Below, piece by piece: positions 19,155 to 27,673 of a stretch of DNA of 64,000 bases (positions are counted from its first letter, which is position 1; every line of letters begins with the position of its first letter). A program made the translations under genes and the position numbers. Where the stretch lies: NCBI GenBank assembly GCA_963845565.1, contig CAWJSJ010000001.1, positions 512,001 to 576,000 on the forward strand. Direction: 5' to 3'. Below the pieces are notes generated by a model that was not told the DNA's origin, did not search any database, and saw only the letters and a list, made by a program, of their open reading frames with translations. Origin of the DNA: an uncultured Methylomirabilota bacterium (GTDB lineage: Bacteria > Methylomirabilota > Methylomirabilia > Methylomirabilales > 2-02-FULL-66-22).

Positions 19155-20057
19155 GTGAGCACGCAGGCAGCTCAAATCTACCGGTTCGACGCGAGCGGAT
19201 GCAACGGGTGCGACGTGGAGGTGGTCGAGATCCTCGCCATTCTACCGGGCGCCGACCTCGGGTTCGAGATCGCCGAGCGGCCAGATGACGCGCAGGTCCT
19301 GATCGTGACGGGCGGGGCCAATCTCAAGTCCAAGGCGGAACTCCAGCATGCCTACGCGGCCTTGAAGGCGCCCCGATTGGTCGTTGCCGTGGGGTCGTGC
19401 GCGGCGAGCATGGGGATCTTCAAGGGCGGCTACTCCATGACCGGCCCGATCGATTCGATCATCCCTGTCGACCTATACATCACGGGGTGTCCGCCGCGGC
19501 CCCAGGTGATCCTCGGCGCCCTGGCGGAAGCCCTGCAGCTTTCGGTGGACGGCCTGGAGCCGCTCCTGCGAACGCCGGAGGGGTATCGGGGCGATCCCCA
19601 CGTCGATCGGGAGACCTGCGTCGGGTGCAGCGCGTGCGCGAACGTCTGCCCCGCGGATGCGATCGAGATCCTGGACGGCGAAGGCCAGCGGGTCGTCCGG
19701 TTCAGGCGAGAGGCCTGTGTCTTCTGCGGGACCTGTCAGGACGTCTGTCCGACCGAGTCGGTCACGTTGCGGGCCGGGGATCCGTCGTGGTATCGGGTCA
19801 AGGGCGCCTCGACGTCCGAGGCGGCGCTGCCGCTGGCCCAATGCGGCGTCTGCGGCGCCGCGTTCATGCCGGAGGCGCAGCTCGCGTGGGCGATGCGACG
19901 TGTCGAGGAGCGCCGCTCGCTGGACGCGGGCGATCGCGCGGCAATCCGGCGCAGCCTCCACGTCTGCATGGCATGCCGGCGAAGCCGGATCCCCGACGTC
20001 CGGGAGGCCAAGCGTCTCTTGACGTCGCTGGAGAAGAAGACCGCGATCGTATCGTAG
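19155..20057 (+). CDS. Group-4 [NiFe]-hydrogenase small subunit (NuoB/HycG-like) fused to NuoI/HycF-like 2x[4Fe-4S] domain
   Basis: GCNGCDVE, AVGSCA, GCPPRP; then GYRG..CVGCSACANVCP, CVFCGTCQDVCP, CGVC...CMAC. Confidence 0.9.
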   Translation: MSTQAAQIYRFDASGCNGCDVEVVEILAILPGADLGFEIAERPDDAQVLIVTGGANLKSKAELQHAYAALKAPRLVVAVGSCAASMGIFKGGYSMTGPIDSIIPVDLYITGCPPRPQVILGALAEALQLSVDGLEPLLRTPEGYRGDPHVDRETCVGCSACANVCPADAIEILDGEGQRVVRFRREACVFCGTCQDVCPTESVTLRAGDPSWYRVKGASTSEAALPLAQCGVCGAAFMPEAQLAWAMRRVEERRSLDAGDRAAIRRSLHVCMACRRSRIPDVREAKRLLTSLEKKTAIVS

Positions 20058-20131
20058 GCGATGGCCCCGGAGCATCCGGCCCCGCGCGAGCCCGCGGGAC
20101 GGGTCGGGCGCCCGGTTCGGGAGAGCGAATC

Positions 20132-20620
20132 GTGGAGTTGGGTGCAGCCAAGAATCGGGTGATCGTGTATGACGCGGGCCTGTGCACCGGGTGCCGCTAT
20201 TGCGAGATTGCCTGCGCGGTGTGGCACTGCGGTCGGATCGACGTCGGCCAATCGAGGATCCGCATCCTGTTCAACGCCGAGAACCGCACAGAGCCGTATG
20301 CGGCGGTGAACTGCCAGCACTGCGAGGAGCCGCTCTGCGCGACCGTCTGCCCGTCCGAGGCCATGCACAAGGATCGCGAGACCGGATGGGTGACCGTGAA
20401 CGCCTCGACCTGCATCGGCTGCGAGATGTGCCGGGCGGCCTGTCCGCTGGCCGTGCCCGTCTTCGACGAAGCCCAGAAGGTGGCGGTGAAGTGCGATCTG
20501 TGCCACGGGGAGCCGGAGTGCGTGAAGCACTGCTCGTCGCGGGCGTTGTGGCTCGCGCCCCGGGAGGAGGCCCTCCGCGTGAACGAACGGTTTTACCTCG
20601 GTGCAGGGGGCAATCCATGA
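20132..20620 (+). CDS. Four-cluster [4Fe-4S] electron-transfer protein (DmsB/HycB/CooF-like)
   Basis: CTGCRYCEIAC, CQHCEEPLCATVCP, CIGCEMCRAACP, KCDLC...ECVKHC; GGGAGA RBS with GTG start; ATGA overlap with next gene. Confidence 0.9.
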   Translation: MELGAAKNRVIVYDAGLCTGCRYCEIACAVWHCGRIDVGQSRIRILFNAENRTEPYAAVNCQHCEEPLCATVCPSEAMHKDRETGWVTVNASTCIGCEMCRAACPLAVPVFDEAQKVAVKCDLCHGEPECVKHCSSRALWLAPREEALRVNERFYLGAGGNP

Positions 20621-21282
20621 GCGCGGATACGGTACGGCGGCTCTTGGAGCGGCGAATCTCGGGGGCGCGGTTCACCTGCGCCGATTCGGGCGTGCGGCGG
20701 ACGGGCGTCACGCTACAGGCGGGGGAGGTCCGGGATGCCGTCCAGACGCTCTGCGCGGAGCCGGGGGCGCGATTCATGACCCTCACGGCCGTCGACCGGG
20801 GGACGGATATCGACCTCTTGTATCATATCTCCCTGCGGAGCGGCGTGGTCACCCTCCGGGTCGTGATCGCGAAGGAGACGAGCGCGATCGAGAGTATCGC
20901 GGACCTCGTTCCCGCGGCGGAGCTGGTGGAGAAAGAGGTGGCGGAGCTGTTCGGAGTGGGATTTGCAGGCCATCCGCGCGCCGCGAACCTCCTGCTGCCT
21001 GCCGACTGGCCCGTCGGCAAGCGGCCGCTGCGCAAGCCCCTCGTCGGTTCGGTTATTGCGCAGGCTCGCATCACCGCCGAGAACCTGGTGGCGAGCGGCT
21101 CCTCGATCGGCGTGGCGCGCTCCTCGATGGCCCGGCGCGAGAAGGCGGGACTGCCCAAGGTTCCGCCCTTGGTGGCGGCCGACCCGGATCGCTTGCGAGA
21201 ATTCCAGGAGTTCGTGAAGCGGACCGGCTTCGGCGAGCGGGCGGGGTTCGACTGGGCGAAGGGAAAACTCCGGTACAAGTAG
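20617..21282 (+). CDS. NuoC/EchD-like subunit with HdrC-like C-terminal arm
   Basis: RFMTLTAVD, LLYH, SIADLVPAAELVEKEVAELFGVGFAGHP, LLLPADWP...PLRK, then an extension of about 80 aa. Confidence 0.85.
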   Translation: MSADTVRRLLERRISGARFTCADSGVRRTGVTLQAGEVRDAVQTLCAEPGARFMTLTAVDRGTDIDLLYHISLRSGVVTLRVVIAKETSAIESIADLVPAAELVEKEVAELFGVGFAGHPRAANLLLPADWPVGKRPLRKPLVGSVIAQARITAENLVASGSSIGVARSSMARREKAGLPKVPPLVAADPDRLREFQEFVKRTGFGERAGFDWAKGKLRYK

Positions 21283-21298
21283 AGCTGCGGGGCAGGTG

Positions 21299-22174
21299 AT
21301 GAGGCGACAGGCGCTCTTCCTCGGCTGTGTACTGCCGCTCCGGTTCCCGGGCATCGAGCTGGCCGCCCGACGGGTGTTCGGCCAACTCGGGGTGCCGTGC
21401 GTGGACCTCGAAGGCTATTCATGCTGCCCCGAGCCGGTCGTCCTCGGCTTGGCCGACCCCGACATGGCCCTCGCCGTCTCGGCGCGGAACCTGGCACTGG
21501 CCGAGCGGGCGGACGCGGACCTGACGGTGATGTGCAACGGCTGCTACGAGACGCTGGCCGAGGCGGATGCCGCGCTCCGGCACGACGGCGGGGCGCACGC
21601 GCGGGTCGCGCAGCTCTTGGATGGGATCGGGACCCGTTACGAGGGAGGGGTCCGGATCAAGCACTTCGTCGAGCTCCTGCACGAGGACGTGGGGGTCGCC
21701 CGCATCGCGGAGCAGGTGACGACCCCGGTCGACGTGACGGTCGCCGTGCACTACGGGTGCCACCTCTTCCGCGAGGTCGAGCACGAGGACACCCGGCGGA
21801 AGCCCCGGATGCTGCGGGCCCTGATCGAGGCCGCGGGGGCGCGGGTGGTCGACTACGGCTTGGAAGATCTTTGCTGCGGCTTCCCGATCTCGCAGTTCGA
21901 CAAGCGCATGGCCATGCAGGAGCGCCTCCTCCCGAAGCTCCGCGCGCTGGGCGCGACGGGCGCGGAGGCGATTCTGTTCTGCTGCCCGGCCTGCCTCAAC
22001 CAGTTCGAGAGCGGGCAGGGCCCGGCGGGCGACCTGGCGGCCGACGTCCCCCGGTATCCGTGCGTGCACATCCTGGAGCTCTTGGCGCTGGCCTTCGGGA
22101 TGCGGCCGGCGGAGCTGCACCTCGACGCGCGCTTCGCGCCGTCCAGGGAATTCGTGGACTGTTTCTGGGGGTGA
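21299..22174 (+). CDS. hdrB: Heterodisulfide reductase subunit B-like protein (two CCG domains)
   Basis: LFLGC..RFPGIE, SCCP, ARNLALAE, CNGCY, HYGCH, CCG, CPAC.NQFE.GQ. Confidence 0.9.
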   Translation: MRRQALFLGCVLPLRFPGIELAARRVFGQLGVPCVDLEGYSCCPEPVVLGLADPDMALAVSARNLALAERADADLTVMCNGCYETLAEADAALRHDGGAHARVAQLLDGIGTRYEGGVRIKHFVELLHEDVGVARIAEQVTTPVDVTVAVHYGCHLFREVEHEDTRRKPRMLRALIEAAGARVVDYGLEDLCCGFPISQFDKRMAMQERLLPKLRALGATGAEAILFCCPACLNQFESGQGPAGDLAADVPRYPCVHILELLALAFGMRPAELHLDARFAPSREFVDCFWG

Positions 22175-22212
22175 GCCGCGACGCGGCGCTCCTTTCGTTT
22201 CGGATGACGGAC

Positions 22213-23298
22213 ATGACCACAACCATCACGATCGGCCCCTACCACCCGTACCTGCTCGAGCCCAGCATTGTCGACCTGCAGGTTGTCGACGGGCGCGTGG
22301 CGGACGCCACCATCACGGTGGGGTTCGTCAACCGGGCGGTCGAAGAACTGATGACGAAGAAAACCTACCGCCAGGCCGTGGTGCTGGCGGAGCACGTCTG
22401 CGGCATCTGCAGTAACGTCCACAGCCTGGCCTTCTGTCAGGCGACCGAAGAGATCCTGGGGGTCGAGATTCCGCACCGGGCCCGGTACGTTCGGACGATC
22501 GTCGTGGAGCTGGAGCGGCTGCACAGCCATTTCCTCTGCCTGGGACTCCTGGCCCACGCCCTCCATGACGGGGAGCATTTCGTCCGTATCATGGCGGAGC
22601 GGGAGGCGCTGATCCGCCTGCTCGAGCGCGTCAGCGGGAACCGGGTCCATTACGGTGTGAACGCCATCGGCGGCGTCCGGCGGGACCTGACGCCGGAACG
22701 GGCGAGCGATATCCTGGAGGTCCTGGGGCGGCTGGAATCGCTGGGCCATTTCGTGGTGGACGCCCTGGGCCCGGACGGGGCGCTGGGGAAGCGGGTCGCA
22801 GGGCAGGGGATCGTGACGGGACCCGAGGCCATCGCCCTCGGCGCGGTAGGGCCCACGCTGCGCGCCAGCGGGATCGAGAGCGACCTGCGGAAGGAGGACA
22901 GGTACGCGGCCTATCCGGACGTGACCTTCGATCTGATCGTCGAGACGGCCGGGGACGTCCGGTCCCGATTCCTGGTCCGGGCCCGGGAAACCCTGGAAAG
23001 CATCAAGATCATCCGGCAACTCTTCGACCGCCTGCCCGACGGACCGCTGACGGGCCAGGTGCGAGAGCCCAATATCAAGGAATCGCGAGAAGTCCTGGGG
23101 CGAGTCGAAGCACCACGCGGAGAGCTGGTCTATTTCATCCGCTCCAACGGCACGACCATTCCCGATCGGGTCAAGATCCGCACACCCACCTTCGCCAACA
23201 TCGCCTTCCTCCGCCGGGCGCTCACTGGAGCGCCGGTCGACGACACGCGGACCATCATCGAGAGCATCGATCCGTGCCTCTCCTGCACGGACCGGTAG
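22213..23298 (+). CDS. Group-4-type [NiFe]-hydrogenase large subunit (EchE/NuoD-like, about 361 aa)
   Basis: IGPYHP.LLEP, EHVCGICS..H, ELERLHSH, EAPRGEL, KIRTPT, DPCLSCTDR-stop; alternative ATG at 22204. Confidence 0.92.
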   Translation: MTTTITIGPYHPYLLEPSIVDLQVVDGRVADATITVGFVNRAVEELMTKKTYRQAVVLAEHVCGICSNVHSLAFCQATEEILGVEIPHRARYVRTIVVELERLHSHFLCLGLLAHALHDGEHFVRIMAEREALIRLLERVSGNRVHYGVNAIGGVRRDLTPERASDILEVLGRLESLGHFVVDALGPDGALGKRVAGQGIVTGPEAIALGAVGPTLRASGIESDLRKEDRYAAYPDVTFDLIVETAGDVRSRFLVRARETLESIKIIRQLFDRLPDGPLTGQVREPNIKESREVLGRVEAPRGELVYFIRSNGTTIPDRVKIRTPTFANIAFLRRALTGAPVDDTRTIIESIDPCLSCTDR

Positions 23299-23468
23299 CA
23301 GGCTGCTGAAAACGGCCCATCTGCTGCGTTGGCTCGCTGAGGCACTCGTTGCGGCGTACCCACAGTACGCCACTCGGCCTCGGGCACCCATCCACAGGAT
23401 GGGTCGCGCCGCCTTGCATCTGGACCTTTTTGATCAGCCTGGGCGAATATAGGAATTTCAGCAGCCAG
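23299..23468. repeat. MITE-like palindromic repeat, family 2, copy 1
   Basis: CAGGCTGCTGAAAACGGCCCATCTGCTGCGTTGG...GCCGCCTTGCATCTGGACC..TTTGA..GCCTG shared with 39892; inverted ends. Confidence 0.8.
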
Positions 23469-24965
23469 TCAGTCGGGGAGGGGGCAGCCCTCACACCGCT
23501 CCGCCTTGGGCCGAGGCGCGATGGGTCGCCGCGGCTCGGCGGGTGTCTCCGCTTTCCGGACCGGATGGATGTGCACCGGCATCCCCGCGGCGACCTCGGC
23601 GGCTTCCATGAGGGCCTCGGAGAGGGTCGGGTGAGCGTGGATGGTGACCATGAGGTCTTCCAGGGTCGCCCCCAACTGCACCGCCAGGGTGCCCTCGGCG
23701 ATCAGTTCAGAGGCGTGCGGGCCCACCATCCCAACTCCCAGGACCCGCCGGGACTCCGGACAGCTGATCACCTTGACCACGCCCTCGGTGCGCCCCATGG
23801 TCCGCGCCCGGCCCGAGGCCACGAGGGGGAAGCGGCCCACAGTGACCGGCAGGTTCTGCGCGGCCGCCTCCCGCTCGGTCAGGCCGGCCCAGGCCAGCTC
23901 GGGGTCGGTGAACACCACGGCCGGGATGGCCCGAGCCTCGAGCGCCGAGGAGTGACCTGCGATCGCTTCGGCGGCAACCTTGCCCTCGTGGCTGGCCTTG
24001 TGCGCCAGCATGGGGCCGGGGACGATGTCGCCGATGGCGTAGATGTGCGGTTCCACCGTCCGGCCCACCTCGTCCACCTCGATGAATCCGCCCCGGATGG
24101 GGCGGATGGCCGTCCGGTCCAGGCCCAGCCGATCGGTATTGGGGCGGCGCCCGACGGCGACCAGGATCTGGTCGGTTTCGAGCGTCTGCCGCTGCCCCTG
24201 CTGTTCCACGGTGGTCAAATAGCCGCTCGATCCCTGCTGGATGTCGACGACCTTGGACTCGGTCAGGATGCGCGAGAACCGTCTCTCGCAGCTCTTGACC
24301 ACCACGTCCACCAGGTCCTGGTCGGCCCCCGGGAGGAGCCGCGGGAAAAACTCGACCATCGTCACCTGCGAGCCCAGTCCGGCATAGACCAACCCCATCT
24401 CAAGGCCGATGTAGCCCCCTCCGACGACGAGCAGCCGGGGCGGGATCTCGGGGAGGCGCAGCGCCTCTGCCGAGGACCAGAGCGGGAGCGTCTGGCCCGC
24501 CGGCAGCCGGTTGATGTCCGATCCGGTGGCGAGGATGCAATGGCGGAAGCGGATCCGCGCGGATTCTGCTCCGCTCACTTCGAGGGTGCGATTGTCCAGG
24601 AATTGCGCCCAGCCGCGGACGACCGTCACGCCGCGCCGCTTGAGGAGCCCGTCGATCCCCTTGGTCAAGGTCTCGACCACGCTCCCGCTCCAGCGGCGCA
24701 ACGCCGCCGGATCCAGGGAGAGGTCCGAGAACGTGAGGCCCATCTTGCGCGCGGCGCGAGCGCTTTCCGCCAGCTCCACGACGTTGATGAGGGTCTTGGA
24801 TGGAATGCATCCTTCGATCAGGCACACACCGCCGAGTCGATCCCGCTCTTCGATGAGGACGACGTTCTTGCCGAGATCGGCGGCGCGGATGGCCGCAACG
24901 TATCCTCCGGGTCCGCCGCCGACGATGGCGACCTCTGTTTCCTCGCGCAGGTTGCCCAGGACCAT
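23469..24965 (-). CDS. lpdA: Dihydrolipoamide dehydrogenase
   Basis: GGGPGGY, GGVCLIEGCIPSK, GGGYIGLE, GPMLAHKA, HAHPTLSE; GGAGG RBS. Confidence 0.96.
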   Translation of the reverse strand: MVLGNLREETEVAIVGGGPGGYVAAIRAADLGKNVVLIEERDRLGGVCLIEGCIPSKTLINVVELAESARAARKMGLTFSDLSLDPAALRRWSGSVVETLTKGIDGLLKRRGVTVVRGWAQFLDNRTLEVSGAESARIRFRHCILATGSDINRLPAGQTLPLWSSAEALRLPEIPPRLLVVGGGYIGLEMGLVYAGLGSQVTMVEFFPRLLPGADQDLVDVVVKSCERRFSRILTESKVVDIQQGSSGYLTTVEQQGQRQTLETDQILVAVGRRPNTDRLGLDRTAIRPIRGGFIEVDEVGRTVEPHIYAIGDIVPGPMLAHKASHEGKVAAEAIAGHSSALEARAIPAVVFTDPELAWAGLTEREAAAQNLPVTVGRFPLVASGRARTMGRTEGVVKVISCPESRRVLGVGMVGPHASELIAEGTLAVQLGATLEDLMVTIHAHPTLSEALMEAAEVAAGMPVHIHPVRKAETPAEPRRPIAPRPKAERCEGCPLPD

Positions 24966-25075
24966 GTCACGAACCTCCCATTTTGACGTTCGCCAGAGCG
25001 CTGGAACGACATTCCTGTTGGATGGTCGCCCGCACGAGGCCATCGCGGGTCCTGCGAAAGACCCCGGTGAATTTC

Positions 25076-25104
25076 ACGGTAGCCCAGTGGACCGGGGGTG
25101 TCAA
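25076..25104 (-). promoter_or_regulatory. Sigma70-type promoter for lpdA
   Basis: Minus strand TTGACA-N17-TACCGT. Confidence 0.55.
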
Positions 25105-25142
25105 GCGAAGAGCCGATCGTCAATTCGTGTCCGAGGAAGCCG

Positions 25143-25171
25143 TTGACACCCCCAGGCTCCTCTGATAGCCT
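25143..25171 (+). promoter_or_regulatory. Sigma70-type promoter for lipA
   Basis: TTGACA-N17-TAGCCT. Confidence 0.55.
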
Positions 25172-25172
25172 C

Positions 25173-25323
25173 CCCACCGAGGGGTGGAACTGCGCGAGAT
25201 CGCCTGCAGTTGCCGGTGGTAAGATCCGCGTGCGAGAGAGGTTGCCGGCCCGCTTTTGATATTCTCTGTCCGCGGTTGGTCGTCTCTGAGCCCCCCTCGG
25301 GGGGCTTCATGCTTCTCGGTGGG
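25173..25323 (+). ncRNA. Candidate structured RNA in the lipA leader (family unknown)
   Basis: CCCACCGAGGGGTG pairs with TGCTTCTCGGTGGG; nested stems inside; identified by eye only. Confidence 0.35.
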
Positions 25324-25436
25324 ACGCGGGAGCGTTGGCGGAAAAGAACGGGCGAGGAGAAAGAACCTGACGGGTTGCGGTAAGGGCGTCACCAACCGCG
25401 ATGCGCGAGTCATCGGACGAGAAGGAATCGGGGCAC

Positions 25437-26342
25437 ATGAGCCAGGAACTGTTGCAGATTGGAGGCGCGCCGTCTGGATCCATCCCGCGGCGCCTGCCCC
25501 CGTGGCTGCGCGCCAAGTCGGGACACTGGGAGCGCGTGCACGACATGAAGGTGCTCCTGACCGGCTCCCGCCTGCATACGGTGTGCGAAGAGGCCCGCTG
25601 TCCCAATCAGGGAGAATGTTGGACGCGTGGGACGGCCACCTTCATGCTGCTGGGCGAGATCTGCACCAGGAGCTGCGGTTTCTGCGCGGTGGCCACGGGA
25701 CGCCCGGCGCCGCCGGATGCGGAGGAGCCGCGCCACGTCGCCGAGGCCAGCCGCCGACTGGGTTTGAAGTTCGTGGTGGTGACGTCGGTGGCCCGTGACG
25801 ATCTTCCCGATGGTGGGGCGGGTCATTTCGCGGCCACGGTGCGCGCCATCCGGGGTGCCAGCCCGGGCACGGAGGTGGAGGTCCTGGTACCGGATTTCAA
25901 GGGTGACCGGGACAGCATCCGCACCGTGGTGGAGAGTCGTCCGACGGTGTTCAATCATAACCTGGAGACGGTGGAGCGGCTGACCAGGCGCGTCCGGATC
26001 CAGGCCCGATATCAGCGGTCGCTGGAGGTGCTGCGGACCGCCAAAGAGGTGGGGCAGCCTCTCACCAAGACTGGGGTCATGCTGGGGTTGGGCGAGACGG
26101 AGCCGGAAGTGCTGACGCTGCTCCGAGACGCGCGCGCCGCGGCGTGTGACATCGTGACGATCGGCCAGTACCTGCAGCCGACGAAGCAGCACCTCCCGGT
26201 CGCGGAGTTCGTGCATCCGGATCGGTTCAAGGCCTTCGAGGAGGCGGCCTACGGCCTGGGGTTCACATCCGTCTTCGCGGGGCCGCTCGTCCGGAGCTCG
26301 TACCACGCAGAGCTGGTCGCCGGGTATCCGCAGACGAAGTAG
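25437..26342 (+). CDS. lipA: Lipoyl synthase
   Basis: [38 protein letters not shown]. Confidence 0.97.
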   Translation: MSQELLQIGGAPSGSIPRRLPPWLRAKSGHWERVHDMKVLLTGSRLHTVCEEARCPNQGECWTRGTATFMLLGEICTRSCGFCAVATGRPAPPDAEEPRHVAEASRRLGLKFVVVTSVARDDLPDGGAGHFAATVRAIRGASPGTEVEVLVPDFKGDRDSIRTVVESRPTVFNHNLETVERLTRRVRIQARYQRSLEVLRTAKEVGQPLTKTGVMLGLGETEPEVLTLLRDARAAACDIVTIGQYLQPTKQHLPVAEFVHPDRFKAFEEAAYGLGFTSVFAGPLVRSSYHAELVAGYPQTK

Positions 26343-26433
26343 ACCGGCAGTGCGACGAGGCACCTATCGCGGGGACGCGACCCCCGATTCCCGAGTCGCC
26401 ACGTTGCCACACCGAAAGAGGAGCAGGGGGGCG

Positions 26434-27600
26434 ATGGAGGAGTTCAAGCGAATCAAGCGGCTGCCACCGTACGTCTTCAGCATCGTCAACGAGCTCAAGG
26501 TGAAAGCCCGCGGCCGGGGCGAGGACATCATCGATTTCGGGATGGGGAATCCGGACATGCCCACCCCGGACCACATCGTGGACAAGCTCGTCGAGGCGGC
26601 CCGGAATCCCCGGAATCATCGCTACTCCGCCTCCCGGGGGATCACCAAGCTGCGGCACGGCATCTGCGACTGGTACCGCCGACGGTACGCGGTTGAGCTG
26701 GATCCGGACACCGAGGCGATCGCCACGATCGGCGCCAAGGAAGGACTCTCGCATCTGGCGCTGGCCATCGTGGATGCGGGCGATGTGGCCCTGGTGCCCA
26801 GTCCGACCTATCCCATTCATCCATATTCGGTCATCATCGCGGGCGGCGACGTACGCCACGTCCGACTCGGGCCGGGCGAGGATTTCTTCGCCAACCTGAT
26901 GTCTGCGTTCCAGGAATGCTGGCCGCAACCGAAGCTGCTCATCCTCAGCTTCCCGCACAACCCAACCACGACCGTAGTGGATATCGAGTTCTTCACGAAG
27001 ATCGTCGCCTTCGCACAGGAACACGACTTGATCGTGGTGCATGATTTTGCTTACTCCGACCTGGTGTTCGACGGATACCAGGCGCCCAGCCTGCTCCAGG
27101 TCCCGGGTGCGAAGGACGTCGGGGTCGAGTTCTTCACGCTCTCGAAGAGCTACAATATGCCCGGTTGGCGTGTCGGATTTGCCGTCGGGAACCGGCGAAT
27201 CGTCGCGGCATTGACCCGGATCAAAAGCTACCTGGATTACGGGATGTTCCAGCCGGTCCAGATCGCCTCGATCATCGCCCTGAACGGGCCGCAGGATTGC
27301 GTGCAGGACATCGTCGGGACCTACCGGTCGCGACGGGACGTGCTCTGCGACGGGCTCAGTCGGGTCGGCTGGAAGGTCGACAAGCCGCGCGGCACGATGT
27401 TCGTGTGGGCCCGGATTCCGGACCAGCACCGGGCCATGGGATCCCTGGAGTTCAGCAAGTACCTCCTGGACAAAGCCCGCGTGGCGGTGTCGCCGGGGAT
27501 CGGTTTCGGGCAATACGGGGACGAGTACGTGCGGTTCGCCTTGGTGGAGAACGAACACCGGACGCGCCAGGCCATCCAGGGCATCAAGCGAATCCTGTAG
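26434..27600 (+). CDS. alaC: PLP-dependent class I aminotransferase (AlaC/YfdZ-like)
   Basis: [61 protein letters not shown]. Confidence 0.85.
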   Translation: MEEFKRIKRLPPYVFSIVNELKVKARGRGEDIIDFGMGNPDMPTPDHIVDKLVEAARNPRNHRYSASRGITKLRHGICDWYRRRYAVELDPDTEAIATIGAKEGLSHLALAIVDAGDVALVPSPTYPIHPYSVIIAGGDVRHVRLGPGEDFFANLMSAFQECWPQPKLLILSFPHNPTTTVVDIEFFTKIVAFAQEHDLIVVHDFAYSDLVFDGYQAPSLLQVPGAKDVGVEFFTLSKSYNMPGWRVGFAVGNRRIVAALTRIKSYLDYGMFQPVQIASIIALNGPQDCVQDIVGTYRSRRDVLCDGLSRVGWKVDKPRGTMFVWARIPDQHRAMGSLEFSKYLLDKARVAVSPGIGFGQYGDEYVRFALVENEHRTRQAIQGIKRIL

Positions 27601-27673
27601 GCCCGAAGGCGTGTCGGGCTGCGCGCAGTCGCGAGGCTGACATTGGCCGCCCGCACGGCAAGGGGAGAGGGCC

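Noticed and set aside
19155..23298. Partial complex I (nuoBCDI) or Ehr complex
   Set aside because: The large subunit keeps both Ni-binding CxxC motifs and the small subunit has CxxC rather than the tandem CC of NuoB
23349..24986. Long antisense or alternative-frame ORFs (also 43594-45834, 40925-42094, 27584-29176, 17117-18850)
   Set aside because: Shadows of well-supported genes, expected with GC-rich codon bias; no motifs of their own
25173..25323. tmRNA, SRP RNA, RNase P RNA, or TPP/lysine/cobalamin riboswitch
   Set aside because: Diagnostic conserved motifs were not found on either strand; kept only as an unassigned candidate
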